Assembly (NCBI GenBank): GCA_965223855.1
Contig: CBDCXM010000009.1
Location: 608,001-672,000 of the forward strand
Reading direction: 5' to 3'
Source of the DNA: Candidatus Multivoradales bacterium
GTDB lineage: Bacteria; Acidobacteriota; Thermoanaerobaculia; Multivoradales; JAHEKO01
DNA: 64,000 nt
Shown here piece after piece: positions 28,768 through 38,475 of this stretch. The notes below the pieces were generated by a model. It was not told the origin of the DNA and searched no databases. It was given only the letters and a program-made list of their open reading frames with translations. Made by a program: the position numbers and the translations under genes. Numbering within the stretch: the first letter of the stretch is position 1; each line of letters opens with the position of its first letter.

Positions 28768-28810
28768 CGCGATCAGAGTATCTCGCGACGCGTGACCCCC
28801 TATCGGCGCC

Positions 28811-29185
28811 TCAGCTGGAGTTGTGCAGCCTGGCTCCTACGGCGCTGGCAGGGACGAGCAGCGCGAGGAAGCTCAGGTGGAACCACAGCGGCATCTGGTC
28901 CCATACCGTCGACTGAACTAAGACGCCGACTGCCAGCAGCAGGGCGCCGAGGACGAGGGCGAGGACCGAGCTCCCGGCGCGGGAGACGGCGGTCGTCGTC
29001 CAGCCGGCGGCGATCGAGAAGAGGGCCGACAGCACGACGAACGCCGCCAGCAGGCCGGCATCGTCGGTCATCCCCCGCTCGTCGAAACGGGTCGAGAACA
29101 GCCGCAGCGCGAGCTGGTTCGAGGCCAGCCACAGGACGGTCCAGAGCGCGAAACCGGCGAGTACGGCAAGGAGCTTGCGGATCAT
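28811..29185 (-). CDS. Small 4-TM hypothetical membrane protein
   Basis: Four hydrophobic segments, PLWFH motif, GGAG RBS. Confidence 0.65.
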   Translation of the reverse strand: MIRKLLAVLAGFALWTVLWLASNQLALRLFSTRFDERGMTDDAGLLAAFVVLSALFSIAAGWTTTAVSRAGSSVLALVLGALLLAVGVLVQSTVWDQMPLWFHLSFLALLVPASAVGARLHNSS

Positions 29186-29211
29186 CGGGATCTCCCGGGA
29201 GGTAGCGCCGC

Positions 29212-29724
29212 TCAGCGCGGCCAGTTCTCGGAGCGCAGACGCTTCGGCGTCAACGGTCCCATCAGCTTGAAGACGACGAAGAGCAGGCGGGCCCCCAAGG
29301 TCGGTCGGCCGGTCTCGACGATCGCCTTGAGGTTCTTGACGATGAAGGTCCCGCCCTGCTTCATCTGCTTCGTGGATTTCGTTCCCGGCGTCATCTCGCT
29401 GACGGTCAACGTGAGCTCGACGCCGCCCTCGACCTCTCTCAAGTCGTACACCACCGTCGCTTCAGGGTCGTCGTAGGAGGTGAAGCGCATGGTGTGCGCG
29501 AGTCGCACCGGCTGCTCGACCTCGAGGAAGGTGCCGACGACGGAAGTGAAGCGACCGTTCGGCGTGCGCATGCACAGCTTGTTTCCGGGCTCGAGACCGC
29601 GGGTGTCCATCCGCGAATTGAACATCGCCCTCTGCAGGCCGTCGGTGCGGGTCAACTCCTGCCACACCTCGTCGAGCGTGCTCTCGATGACGATCCTGAA
29701 GACCGCGCTCTCACTGTCGCTCAC
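29212..29724 (-). CDS. SRPBCC/AHSA1 domain protein
   Basis: VWQELT, GTFLEVEQPVRLAHT, LKAIVETG; coupled to the ArsR gene by GTGA overlap. Confidence 0.85.
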   Translation of the reverse strand: MSDSESAVFRIVIESTLDEVWQELTRTDGLQRAMFNSRMDTRGLEPGNKLCMRTPNGRFTSVVGTFLEVEQPVRLAHTMRFTSYDDPEATVVYDLREVEGGVELTLTVSEMTPGTKSTKQMKQGGTFIVKNLKAIVETGRPTLGARLLFVVFKLMGPLTPKRLRSENWPR

Positions 29725-30047
29725 GATTCCTCCTTCGCCTCCAGGCGGTATTTGAGGCCGGTCAGGCGGTCGGCCCACAACGAGCTGTACTCGGTGGTCC
29801 AGCGGTCGTAGATCCGGCGGATCGGCACCGCGTTGAAGTACAGACGTCGCTCACGCCCCTCGCGCTCGCTGACCAGCAGCTCGGCGTCATCGAGCAGGTT
29901 GATGTGCTTCATCACGCCGATGCGACTCATCTCGAAGTGGCCGCTGACCTGCTGCACGGTCGCCCCGGGCGACTCCTTCACGATGTCGAGAATCGCCCGG
30001 CGTGCGGGGTGTGAAAGCGCGCGGAAGGTGCCGTCCATCGACTCCAT
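29721..30047 (-). CDS. ArsR/SmtB family transcriptional regulator
   Basis: FRALSHPARRAIL, MSRIGVMKH, REGRER. Confidence 0.9.
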   Translation of the reverse strand: MESMDGTFRALSHPARRAILDIVKESPGATVQQVSGHFEMSRIGVMKHINLLDDAELLVSEREGRERRLYFNAVPIRRIYDRWTTEYSSLWADRLTGLKYRLEAKEES

Positions 30048-30049
30048 CA

Positions 30050-30065
30050 GTAACCAAACGGTTAC
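30050..30065. promoter_or_regulatory. ArsR operator palindrome
   Basis: GTAACC-aaac-GGTTAC immediately upstream of the ArsR start. Confidence 0.75.
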
Positions 30066-30142
30066 ATACAAAACGAAAGCCGTCAAGCTCCCTGATCGCG
30101 AGGCAGGGCAGGGCGGTATCATCCGCCGCCGGAGGAACGACC

Positions 30143-31933
30143 GTGAGCGAGCACACCTACACCCAGACGACCTGGTCCCTCGACGAGCTGTTGCCGGACG
30201 CCTCGGAGGCGACGATCCGGGCGAAACTGGACGAGGTGCAGCAGCTCGTCTCCGCTTTCGAGGCGCGTCGCGGTGAGCTGGATGCGACGATGGCGCCGGC
30301 GACGCTGCTCGAGATCGTCGACGAGTACGAAGCGCTCGTCGAGCGGCTCTACGTGCTCTCGGCCTACGGCTCTTTGTGGTTCGCCTCCGACACGCAGTCG
30401 GCGGAGGCCCTCGCGTTTCGCAACCGCATCGAGCAGGTGCTCACCGGCGTGCAGAACCGGCTGCTGTTCCTCGGCCTCTGGTGGAAGGAGCTCGACGACG
30501 ACGCGGCCGCGCGACTGCTGCCCGCGGAGGAGACGCACGCCGACCACCGCTTCTTCCTCGAGGATCTGCGGCGGCTCAAGCCGTTCACCCTGGACGAGCG
30601 CTCGGAGCAGATCGTCAACGTCAAGGACGCCAACGGCATGAGCGCCCTGATGACGGTCTACTCGATGCTCACCAACCGCCTCGAGTTCACCCTCGAGGAG
30701 GACGGCGAAACGCAGACGCTCACCCGCGGCGAGCTGATGAGTCACGTCTATTCGATCGACCCCCAGCGCCGCGCCGCCGCCTACCGGGAGCTCCATCGGG
30801 TGTTCGACGGCGAGGCGGCGATCCTCGGCCAGATCTACGTCCACCGGGTGCGCGACTGGGCCGAGGAGGGGCTCGAGCTGCGCGGCTACGGCTCGCCGAT
30901 CGCGGTGCGCAACGCCGGCAACGACATTCCGGACGCCGCCGTGGAGGTGCTCCTCGACGTCGCCACGGAGCACGTCTCGCTCTTCCGGCGCTACTTCCGG
31001 CTCAAGGCGGAATGGCTCGGGATGGAGCGGTTGCGCCGCTACGATCTCTACGCCCCGCTGGCGTCGAGCGACAAGGAGATTCCCTACGAGCGGGCGGTGG
31101 CGATGGTGCTCGACACCTTCCGCGACTTCGACGCCGACTTCGCCGCACGTGCCCGGCGGGTGTTCGCCGACGACCACGTCGACAGCGAGATCCGGCCGGG
31201 CAAGAAGAGCGGCGCCTTCTGCTCGACCGTGCTGCCGCGCCAGGCGCCTTGGGTGCTCTTGAACTACACCGGCAAAGTGCGCGACGTGGCGACGATGGCG
31301 CACGAGCTGGGCCACGCGGTCCACAGCCTGCTCGCCGACGAGCACACGGTGCTGACCCAGCACTCCTGCCTGCCGCTCGCCGAGACCGCCTCGGTGTTCG
31401 CCGAGCAGTTGCTGACCGACCGCCTGCTGGCAAACGAGGCCGACCCCGCCGTGCGGCGCGAGCTGCTGGCGGCGCAGATGGACGACATCTACGCCACGGT
31501 GATGCGGCAGGCGTACTTCACCCGCTTCGAAATCGCCGCGCATGAGGCGATCGCCGGAGGCGCCGCGGCGTCGGAGCTCGATGCGCTCTACTTCTCGACC
31601 CTCGAGGAGCAGTTCGGTGATGCGGTCGAGCTCTCCGACGACTTCCGGCGCGAGTGGGTGACGATCCCGCACATCTACCACACGCCGTTCTACTGCTATG
31701 CCTACAGCTTCGGCCAGCTCCTCGTGCTGGCGCTCTACCGGCGCTACCAGGAGGAGGGGGCCTCCTTCGTCCCCGGCTACCTGGAGATGCTTGCCGCCGG
31801 AGGTTCGGCACCGCCGGTCGAGGTCCTGGCCGAGGCGGGGGTCGACCCGAACGACGAGGAGTTCTGGCGAGGTGGCTTCGAGGTCGTCGCCGCCATCGTC
31901 GACGAGCTCGAGGCTCTCGACGCGCCGCAGTAA
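30143..31933 (+). CDS. pepF: M3 family oligoendopeptidase F
   Basis: GGAGG RBS plus GTG; GKKSGAFC, HELGH zinc motif, AETASVFAE, PHIYHTPFYCYAYSFG. Confidence 0.92.
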   Translation: MSEHTYTQTTWSLDELLPDASEATIRAKLDEVQQLVSAFEARRGELDATMAPATLLEIVDEYEALVERLYVLSAYGSLWFASDTQSAEALAFRNRIEQVLTGVQNRLLFLGLWWKELDDDAAARLLPAEETHADHRFFLEDLRRLKPFTLDERSEQIVNVKDANGMSALMTVYSMLTNRLEFTLEEDGETQTLTRGELMSHVYSIDPQRRAAAYRELHRVFDGEAAILGQIYVHRVRDWAEEGLELRGYGSPIAVRNAGNDIPDAAVEVLLDVATEHVSLFRRYFRLKAEWLGMERLRRYDLYAPLASSDKEIPYERAVAMVLDTFRDFDADFAARARRVFADDHVDSEIRPGKKSGAFCSTVLPRQAPWVLLNYTGKVRDVATMAHELGHAVHSLLADEHTVLTQHSCLPLAETASVFAEQLLTDRLLANEADPAVRRELLAAQMDDIYATVMRQAYFTRFEIAAHEAIAGGAAASELDALYFSTLEEQFGDAVELSDDFRREWVTIPHIYHTPFYCYAYSFGQLLVLALYRRYQEEGASFVPGYLEMLAAGGSAPPVEVLAEAGVDPNDEEFWRGGFEVVAAIVDELEALDAPQ

Positions 31934-32001
31934 CCCACCGGTAACCGTTCTCCGGTACAGTGTCTCCGAACTACGAAGGCACCGTCCCGCGGACGTACGC
32001 C

Positions 32002-32472
32002 ATGAACGTCACCGACCTGCGCCAGCTCCGCCGTCTCGGTAGCGGCCTTTTCACCGCCGCGCTGATCGTCCTCCATGCGCGCCTCCTGTGGAGCCGCTGG
32101 AGCGACGGTTCGCTGTTCGAGCCCGGAGTGATCGCGCGCTGGTTGGCGTCCGCCGTGCTGCTGACGGCGATGCTCGCCCTCTACCGGCGCCACAGCTCGC
32201 TCTTCTCCGGTCGCCGATCGGCGGTCCTGTGGCTTCTCGTCGCCCTGCTGCACGCGGCGGCGGGGATCACTCCGGTGGCGGCGACCGAGGCGACCTTGCC
32301 GTGGCTGGCAGCGCCGACGCTCGCTCTCGCCCTCGCGGCCGGAGCGGCCGCGTTGCGCCCGCGAGAGCCTCAGCGGCTGGTACCGGTCGCCTTCGCCCGG
32401 ACCTGCTCGCCCGGCCTGCCTCCGGCCGCAAGCCGGCGCCCCGCCGGCGCCCGCGCGCCGCCGCTCGTCTGA
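32002..32472 (+). CDS. Membrane leader protein ending in RAPP (putative ribosome-arrest uORF)
   Basis: 3-4 hydrophobic segments, two LHA His residues, Pro-rich tail ending ARAPPLV*; directly upstream of a TonB-dependent receptor locus. Confidence 0.65.
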   Translation: MNVTDLRQLRRLGSGLFTAALIVLHARLLWSRWSDGSLFEPGVIARWLASAVLLTAMLALYRRHSSLFSGRRSAVLWLLVALLHAAAGITPVAATEATLPWLAAPTLALALAAGAAALRPREPQRLVPVAFARTCSPGLPPAASRRPAGARAPPLV

Positions 32473-32565
32473 GAGCCCCTGCCTGACGCTTCGCCGGCTT
32501 TTCGTGCCGGCGGCCCCCCCGGGCTCCTCGCCCGGACGCTTCCATTTCCATTGGGAGAACCGATC

Positions 32566-33300
32566 ATGGCTCTCGAAGATCTGCATCGCGGCGTGCTCTA
32601 CCTGCCCGCCGTCACGACACTGTTCTCGGCCTTCTTCAGCTACAACCTTTTTCGCCGCTATCGCGACAAGGGTGGCGGCGCCCACCTGCTGTGGTGGGGC
32701 ATCGGCATGGTCACCTACGGCATCGGCACCTTCACCGAGGCGTGGACGTCGATCGCCGGTTGGCACCCCGCCGTGTTCAAAGCGTGGTACATCGCCGGCG
32801 CCTTCCTCGGCGGCTACCCGCTCGCGCAGGGAAGCATCTTCCTGCTCATGCGGCGGCGCTTCGCCGTCGCTTCGGCGTGGATCGCCAGCGGCTTCATCCT
32901 CGTCGCCTCGCTGTGCCTTCTGGCGAGCCCGATCGCCGTCGAACGGGCCCAGGAGTTCCGTCTGTCGGGCGACGTCCTCGAATGGGGATGGGTGCGGCTG
33001 CTCAGCCCGTTCATCAACATCTACTCGCTGATCTTCCTGGTCGGTGGAGCGATCGTCTCCGCGATCCGCTTTCGCCGTCACTCGAGCCTGCGCCACCGCT
33101 ACCTGGGCAACATCTGGATCGCCGTCGGCGCCCTGCTGCCGGGGATCGGCGGTTCCTTCACCCGCTTCGGCTACGTCGAAGCGCTCTACATCACCGAACT
33201 GGTCGGACTGCTGTGCATTTATCGCGGCTACCGGCTCAACATCCGCGACAGCTCGGCCGTCAGGGCCCGCGCCGTGGATCCGACCCCAACGGAGCCCGAC
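32566..33300 (+). CDS. ~7-TM membrane protein domain with no stop codon, in frame with the TonB receptor
   Basis: GGGAGA RBS, ATG 32566, about 7 hydrophobic helices; continuous ORF to 35547. Confidence 0.7.
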
Positions 33301-35547
33301 ATGTCTCCCGCCACCTCCCGACTCGCTCTGCTGCTCGCCCCCCTGCTCGCCCTCTCCATCCCACTGAGCGCGCAGGACGACGGCGCCTCGACCGAGGAGC
33401 CTGCGTCGTTCTTCGCCACCACCACGGTGACCGCCACCGGCTCCGAGATCGACACCTTCGAGATCGCCAATCCGGTGAACGTCATCACCGCCGAGGAGAT
33501 CGAGACGGTGGCGCCGCAGAACGCCTCCGACCTTCTGCGCTCCGAACCCGGAGTCGACGTGGACGGCGTCGGTCCCAACCAGTCGCGTCCGATCGTCCGC
33601 GGCCAGCGGGGACTGAGGGTCCTCTTCCTCGAGAACGGCCTGCGGATGAACAATCCTCGTCGTCAGACCGACTTCGGTGAGATCCCGGGCCTCGTCGACA
33701 TCGACGACGTCGCGGTGATGGAGGTCGTGCGCGGCCCGTCGTCCGTGCTTTACGGCAGTGACGCCATCGGCGGCGTGCTCAACCTGGTGACCCGCTCCGC
33801 GATCATCGGCTCCGATTTCGCCGGCTCGCTTTCCGGCCGCTACGCCTCTGCCGGCAGCGGCACGCAGTTCGGAGCCCACCTTTCCGGCGGCGGCGAACGC
33901 AGCGCCTGGAAGCTCTCGCTCACCGAGCGTTCGTTCGACGACTACGACGCCGCCGCCGGCAGCTTCGGCGCGATCGACCTGACGGACGGCGCCACGGTCA
34001 CCGACACCGGGCTCGACGACACGAGCGTGTCGGCCAGCCTCGTCTGGGCGCTCGACGACTCGAGCGACCTGCGCTTGCGATGGAACCGCTACCGCGCCGA
34101 CGACACCGGCTTCGGCTTCGTCGAACCGGAGCTGATCGGCGACGACTCCGGGGCCAGGATTCGCATCCTCTATCCGTTCCAGGACTTCGATCGGCTGGCG
34201 CTCTCCTACACCGGCAGCGACTTCGCGCTGCCGTGGATCGACTCGCTCGACGCCCAGCTCTACCACCAGAGCAACGAGCGCAACCTGGTCAACGACATCT
34301 TCATCGACATCGGCCCGATCGCGCCCGGCTTCCCGAACTCGTCGGTCCAGGCCGACACCGACAACTTCACCGATCTCGACTCGCTCGGCCTGCGTCTCGA
34401 AGCGGTCAAGAGCTTCGGCGGCCGCCACCTGCTGACCTACGGGGTCGAGGCCTACGAGGACGAGTCGTTCAACACCGACGCTTCCGTGACGACGACCACC
34501 ATCGCCTTCCCGTTTCCCCCGTTCGCCGTCGTCGACGTCCAGACCGACACCGTCGCCAACGCCCCCAACGCCACCAACTCGAGCGCCGGCATCTTCGCTC
34601 AGACGGAGCTGGCGGCGGGAGATCGCTGGAAGCTCACCTTCGGTGCGCGCTCACAGACAGTCGATACCCGCGCCGAGGCCACGCCCGGCTGGGACATCTC
34701 GGGCCTCGACTTCAGCGACAGCGCCACCGTCGCCTCGGCGAGCGCGCTCTTCCGCGCCAGCGACAACATTCACCTCTCGCTCGCCTGGGGCTCGGCGTTC
34801 CGCGCTCCGAACCTGATCGAGCGGCTGTTCAACGGCCTCACCCCGGAGGGGATCGGCTTCCAGATCCTCAACCCCGACCTGACGTCCGAAGACAGTGAGA
34901 CGGTCGATCTCGGCCTCAAGTACCGCCGCGCCGACACCCTCATGGAACTCAACCTCTTCCGCACCGACATAGACGACGGGATCGTGCAGTACTTCCTGAC
35001 CGGTGCCGACATCGCTGCGCTCCCCACCGACGTCCAGGACGAGATCGCCCAGAGCGGCGTCACCTTCGTCGTCCAGCAGCGCAACATCGACCGGCTGCGC
35101 TACGAGGGAGTGGAGCTCCTGGTTCAGCAGCGGCTCGGCAACGCCTGGACTCTCGGCGGCAACGCGACCTATCTCGACGCCGAGCGGCTCGACTCCGCCA
35201 ACCCGCCGACCGGCGACACCTTCGGCGAGAAGCTCAATCTGTTCGGCCGCTGGCAGCCGGACGGCGGTCGCGGCTGGGTCGAGTACCGGCTGCGGCACAA
35301 CGGCGGCGATCGCGCCAATCTCGATCCCGGCGAGCCGGTGCCCCCTGTCGGCCCCGAGCTGCCGTCGTTCACCGTCCACACCCTCGCCGCCGGCTACGAG
35401 GTCGGCACGACCGGACGGCTGCGGCACCATCTTGGTGTGGTGGTCGACAACCTCACCGACGAGCTCTACGCCGAGTTCTCGAACGCCGCGTTCTTCCGGC
35501 CGCAGCCGGAGCGCCGGGTGGTGGCGACCTACCGGCTGCGCTTCTAG
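33301..35547 (+). CDS. TonB-dependent outer-membrane receptor, heme/hemoglobin-receptor-like
   Basis: GGAG RBS plus ATG 33301, signal peptide, TVTAT, plug motif EVVRGPSSVLYGSDAIGGVLN, FRAP and NPDL motifs, C-terminal Phe. Confidence 0.88.
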   Translation: MSPATSRLALLLAPLLALSIPLSAQDDGASTEEPASFFATTTVTATGSEIDTFEIANPVNVITAEEIETVAPQNASDLLRSEPGVDVDGVGPNQSRPIVRGQRGLRVLFLENGLRMNNPRRQTDFGEIPGLVDIDDVAVMEVVRGPSSVLYGSDAIGGVLNLVTRSAIIGSDFAGSLSGRYASAGSGTQFGAHLSGGGERSAWKLSLTERSFDDYDAAAGSFGAIDLTDGATVTDTGLDDTSVSASLVWALDDSSDLRLRWNRYRADDTGFGFVEPELIGDDSGARIRILYPFQDFDRLALSYTGSDFALPWIDSLDAQLYHQSNERNLVNDIFIDIGPIAPGFPNSSVQADTDNFTDLDSLGLRLEAVKSFGGRHLLTYGVEAYEDESFNTDASVTTTTIAFPFPPFAVVDVQTDTVANAPNATNSSAGIFAQTELAAGDRWKLTFGARSQTVDTRAEATPGWDISGLDFSDSATVASASALFRASDNIHLSLAWGSAFRAPNLIERLFNGLTPEGIGFQILNPDLTSEDSETVDLGLKYRRADTLMELNLFRTDIDDGIVQYFLTGADIAALPTDVQDEIAQSGVTFVVQQRNIDRLRYEGVELLVQQRLGNAWTLGGNATYLDAERLDSANPPTGDTFGEKLNLFGRWQPDGGRGWVEYRLRHNGGDRANLDPGEPVPPVGPELPSFTVHTLAAGYEVGTTGRLRHHLGVVVDNLTDELYAEFSNAAFFRPQPERRVVATYRLRF

Positions 35548-35605
35548 CCCGGGCGAGGACCGGCTCCTCTCGCCGACCGTGGCCGTGGGACAATCGGCCG
35601 CGGCC

Positions 35606-37786
35606 ATGGTCGGCGAGACATTGCTCCACTATCGCCTGCTCGAACGCGCCGGCGCCGGCGCGATGGGTGAGGTGTACCGCGCCGAGGACCAGCGCCTGCG
35701 GCGCACCGTCGCCGTCAAGCTGCTGCCAGAGCGCTTCCTCGACGACCAGGCGCTGCTCGATCGCTTTCACCGCGAGGCCGAGACGCTCGCACAGCTCGAG
35801 CACCCGAACATCGTCACGATCTACTCGATCGATCAGGACCGCGGACGGCCGTTCCTCACCATGGCGTGGGTGGAGGGGGAGACGCTCGCCGCCGCGCTGC
35901 CGGCGGGTGGCTTCGAACTCGACCGCCTGCTCGAGATCGGGGTCGCACTCGCCGATGCGCTGGCCGCCGCCCACGCCAGGGGCATTACCCACCGCGATCT
36001 CAAGCCGGCCAACGTGATGCTGGCGGCCGACGGCTGCCCGCGGGTGCTCGATTTCGGGCTCGCCAAGTCTTCGGGAGTCGACCGGCCGGTCGACTCCGCG
36101 ACCGAGCCGTTGACCGAGCGGGGGATGGTGATCGGATCGCTCCCCTACATGGCGCCGGAGCAGGTGCGCGGCGGCATCGTCGATCCGCGCTCCGACGTCT
36201 TCGCTCTCGGAGTGATGCTGTACGAGCTGGCGACCGGTGAGCGGCCGTTCCGGGGCGCCACGGCCGGCGATCTGATCTCGGCGATCCTGCGCGACAGTCC
36301 GCGACCGGTCGACCAGATCCGTCCCGACCTGCCGCGTCAGCTCGCCAGGGTGTTGAGACGCTGCCTGCACAAGGATCCCGAGCGACGCTACGAGTCGGCA
36401 CGCGGGCTGCGCAACGCCCTCGAGGATCTGCAGACCGAGGTGCAGGCGGCCGAGGAGCGGGAGCGCATCACGGTCGCGGTGCTGCCGTTCGTCGACATGA
36501 GCCGCGAGAAGGACCAGGAGTACTTCTGCGCCGGCATTGCCGAGGAGATCGTCGGCGCTCTGGCGCGCCTCGAGTCGGTCTGCGTCGTGGCCCGCGCGTC
36601 GAGCTTCCAGGCGCGGGCCGGGGCGCTCGACCTGCGTGAGATGGGGTCGCGACTCGATGCCCAGGCGATCCTCGACGGCAGCGTGCGCAAGGACGGCGAC
36701 CGGGTGCGGATCAGCGTTCAGCTGGTCAACGTCGCCGACGGCTTCCACCTGTGGGCCGATCGCTACGACCGGGAGTTGACCGACATCTTCGCCATCCAGG
36801 AGGACATCGCCCAGCGGATCGCCGACGCTCTCGACGTCACCCTGTCACCGGCCGAGCGGCGATCGCTGCGCAAACCGGTGGCCGACATCGAGGCCTACGA
36901 TGCCTATCTGCGAGGGCGCCGCTTCACCGCGCTGACGACACGCTCCGGCCTCGACCGTGCCCTCGAGATGTTTCATCGGGCGATCGAGATCGACCCGGAG
37001 TACGCCCCGGCGTGGGCCGGCATCGCCGACACTCACTGCTGGCGCTACGGCTGGTTCGGATCGTGCGACGACAATCTCGAGGAGGCGGGGCGCGCCAGCC
37101 TCAGGGCGATCGAGCTGGCGCCGGAGTCCGCCGAGGCGCATGCTTCCCGCGGCTACGTGCTCTCCCTGCGCGGCTCCAGCGACGAGGCTGAAGGATGCTT
37201 TCGCCGCTCGATCGAACTCAACCCGAACCTGTTCGAGCCCTACTGGTACTGGGCGCGCGACCTCTTCACCCGCGGCGACTTCGCACCGGCGGTCGAACTG
37301 ATGGAGAAGGCGGCCGAGGTCGCGCCGCACGACTACCAGGCGCTGCTGCTCGCCCACAACGTGCACGACGCGCTGGGCAACGAGGAGCGCGCCGCCGAAG
37401 CGGCGAGAATCGGGCTCGAGCGGGCTCGTCGGGCGCTGGAACTCAACCCGCAGGACGCGCGCGCTCTCTATCTCGGCACCTTCCCGCTCTTCAATCTGGG
37501 ACGCCAGGAAGAAGCGTTCCGCAACGCCGAGCGGGCGCTGGCGATCGATCCCGAGGCACCGACGACGCTCTACAACGTCGGCTGCTTCTACGCTCTCGCC
37601 GGCCTTCGGGACAAGGCGCTCGACTGCCTCGAGAAGGCGAGCGAGGAGAATTTCGGCTTCAAGGCGTGGTTCGAGCACGACACCGATCTCGACTCTCTGC
37701 GAGACGAGCCGAGGTTCCAGGCGATTCTCGATCGGATGTCGGGCTCCGCCCACCAGGACGAAACGGGCTCAGCCCAGCCCGACTGA
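35606..37786 (+). CDS. Ser/Thr protein kinase with TolB-like domain and TPR repeats
   Basis: GAGAMGEVY, VAVK, HRDLKPAN, DFG, YMAPE; VAVLPF...EYF; TPRs. Confidence 0.93.
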   Translation: MVGETLLHYRLLERAGAGAMGEVYRAEDQRLRRTVAVKLLPERFLDDQALLDRFHREAETLAQLEHPNIVTIYSIDQDRGRPFLTMAWVEGETLAAALPAGGFELDRLLEIGVALADALAAAHARGITHRDLKPANVMLAADGCPRVLDFGLAKSSGVDRPVDSATEPLTERGMVIGSLPYMAPEQVRGGIVDPRSDVFALGVMLYELATGERPFRGATAGDLISAILRDSPRPVDQIRPDLPRQLARVLRRCLHKDPERRYESARGLRNALEDLQTEVQAAEERERITVAVLPFVDMSREKDQEYFCAGIAEEIVGALARLESVCVVARASSFQARAGALDLREMGSRLDAQAILDGSVRKDGDRVRISVQLVNVADGFHLWADRYDRELTDIFAIQEDIAQRIADALDVTLSPAERRSLRKPVADIEAYDAYLRGRRFTALTTRSGLDRALEMFHRAIEIDPEYAPAWAGIADTHCWRYGWFGSCDDNLEEAGRASLRAIELAPESAEAHASRGYVLSLRGSSDEAEGCFRRSIELNPNLFEPYWYWARDLFTRGDFAPAVELMEKAAEVAPHDYQALLLAHNVHDALGNEERAAEAARIGLERARRALELNPQDARALYLGTFPLFNLGRQEEAFRNAERALAIDPEAPTTLYNVGCFYALAGLRDKALDCLEKASEENFGFKAWFEHDTDLDSLRDEPRFQAILDRMSGSAHQDETGSAQPD

Positions 37787-37820
37787 AGACTCCTGTCGCG
37801 CCTCGAAAGCTCGAAAAGAA

Positions 37821-37850
37821 AGACGCCCGGCGTCGATTCGCCGGGCGTCT
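37821..37850. terminator. Intrinsic terminator between convergent genes
   Basis: 12-bp perfect stem AGACGCCCGGCG/CGCCGGGCGTCT, followed by TTCTTTT on the minus strand. Confidence 0.8.
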
Positions 37851-37878
37851 CGGGATCTCGAGGTCTGAGTGGCTCTGG

Positions 37879-38475
37879 CTAGTACTCGTCGCTCTCGGCA
37901 GCGGGCTTCGACTGATCCTGCTTCGCCTTCCAGATCAGGTAGCCGCCGAAGAGGATCAGCGCCACCGGCCACCACTCGTCGATCCAGTCGAGCGACATGT
38001 CGAAGCGGGTGTGGAGCAGCAGCACCGTACCGATGGCGGCGATCGTCGCTCCGGCGGGCACCGAACCGGCGAAACCGGGCATGCCCATGTCGGCGGGGAG
38101 CTCGAAGGCCGTCCGCCCGGCCAGCGCCTCGTTGATGAGGGCGGCGCGACGCCACGCATCGACGACGTTGTAGAGCCAGAAGAAGGCCAGGAACAGCCCG
38201 GCCAGTGGGATCAGCGGGCCCATCTCGCCGCTCGCAAGCAGCGTGATCGTCGTCGCCGCGACCGCCAGGTGGACGAAGCCGCGCTGGTAGTAGCCGGTGT
38301 AGACCTGGCCGAGGCCCGGCATCAGGGAGAGGAAGGCCGCGAGCAGCGGCGACTTGCGCTGCGGGTCGATCGCCGCCGGCATCGGCGGCAGCGCCCGGCG
38401 TTCGTCGGCGCGTTTCTCACGCGCCCGCTCGTGGCTGTCCTGGTGGTCGTTCATCTGCTCTTCGTGTTCGCTCAT
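37879..38475 (-). CDS. Membrane protein with TM2-like and LiaF/DUF5668-like segments
   Basis: KSPLLAAFLSLMPGLGQVY; WWPVALILFG. Confidence 0.75.
   Translation of the reverse strand: MSEHEEQMNDHQDSHERAREKRADERRALPPMPAAIDPQRKSPLLAAFLSLMPGLGQVYTGYYQRGFVHLAVAATTITLLASGEMGPLIPLAGLFLAFFWLYNVVDAWRRAALINEALAGRTAFELPADMGMPGFAGSVPAGATIAAIGTVLLLHTRFDMSLDWIDEWWPVALILFGGYLIWKAKQDQSKPAAESDEY

Noticed and set aside
32185-33090. Identical hexapeptide RRHSSL in the RAPP leader and the 7-TM domain
   Set aside because: Different codons and no wider similarity; probably chance in positively charged cytoplasmic loops
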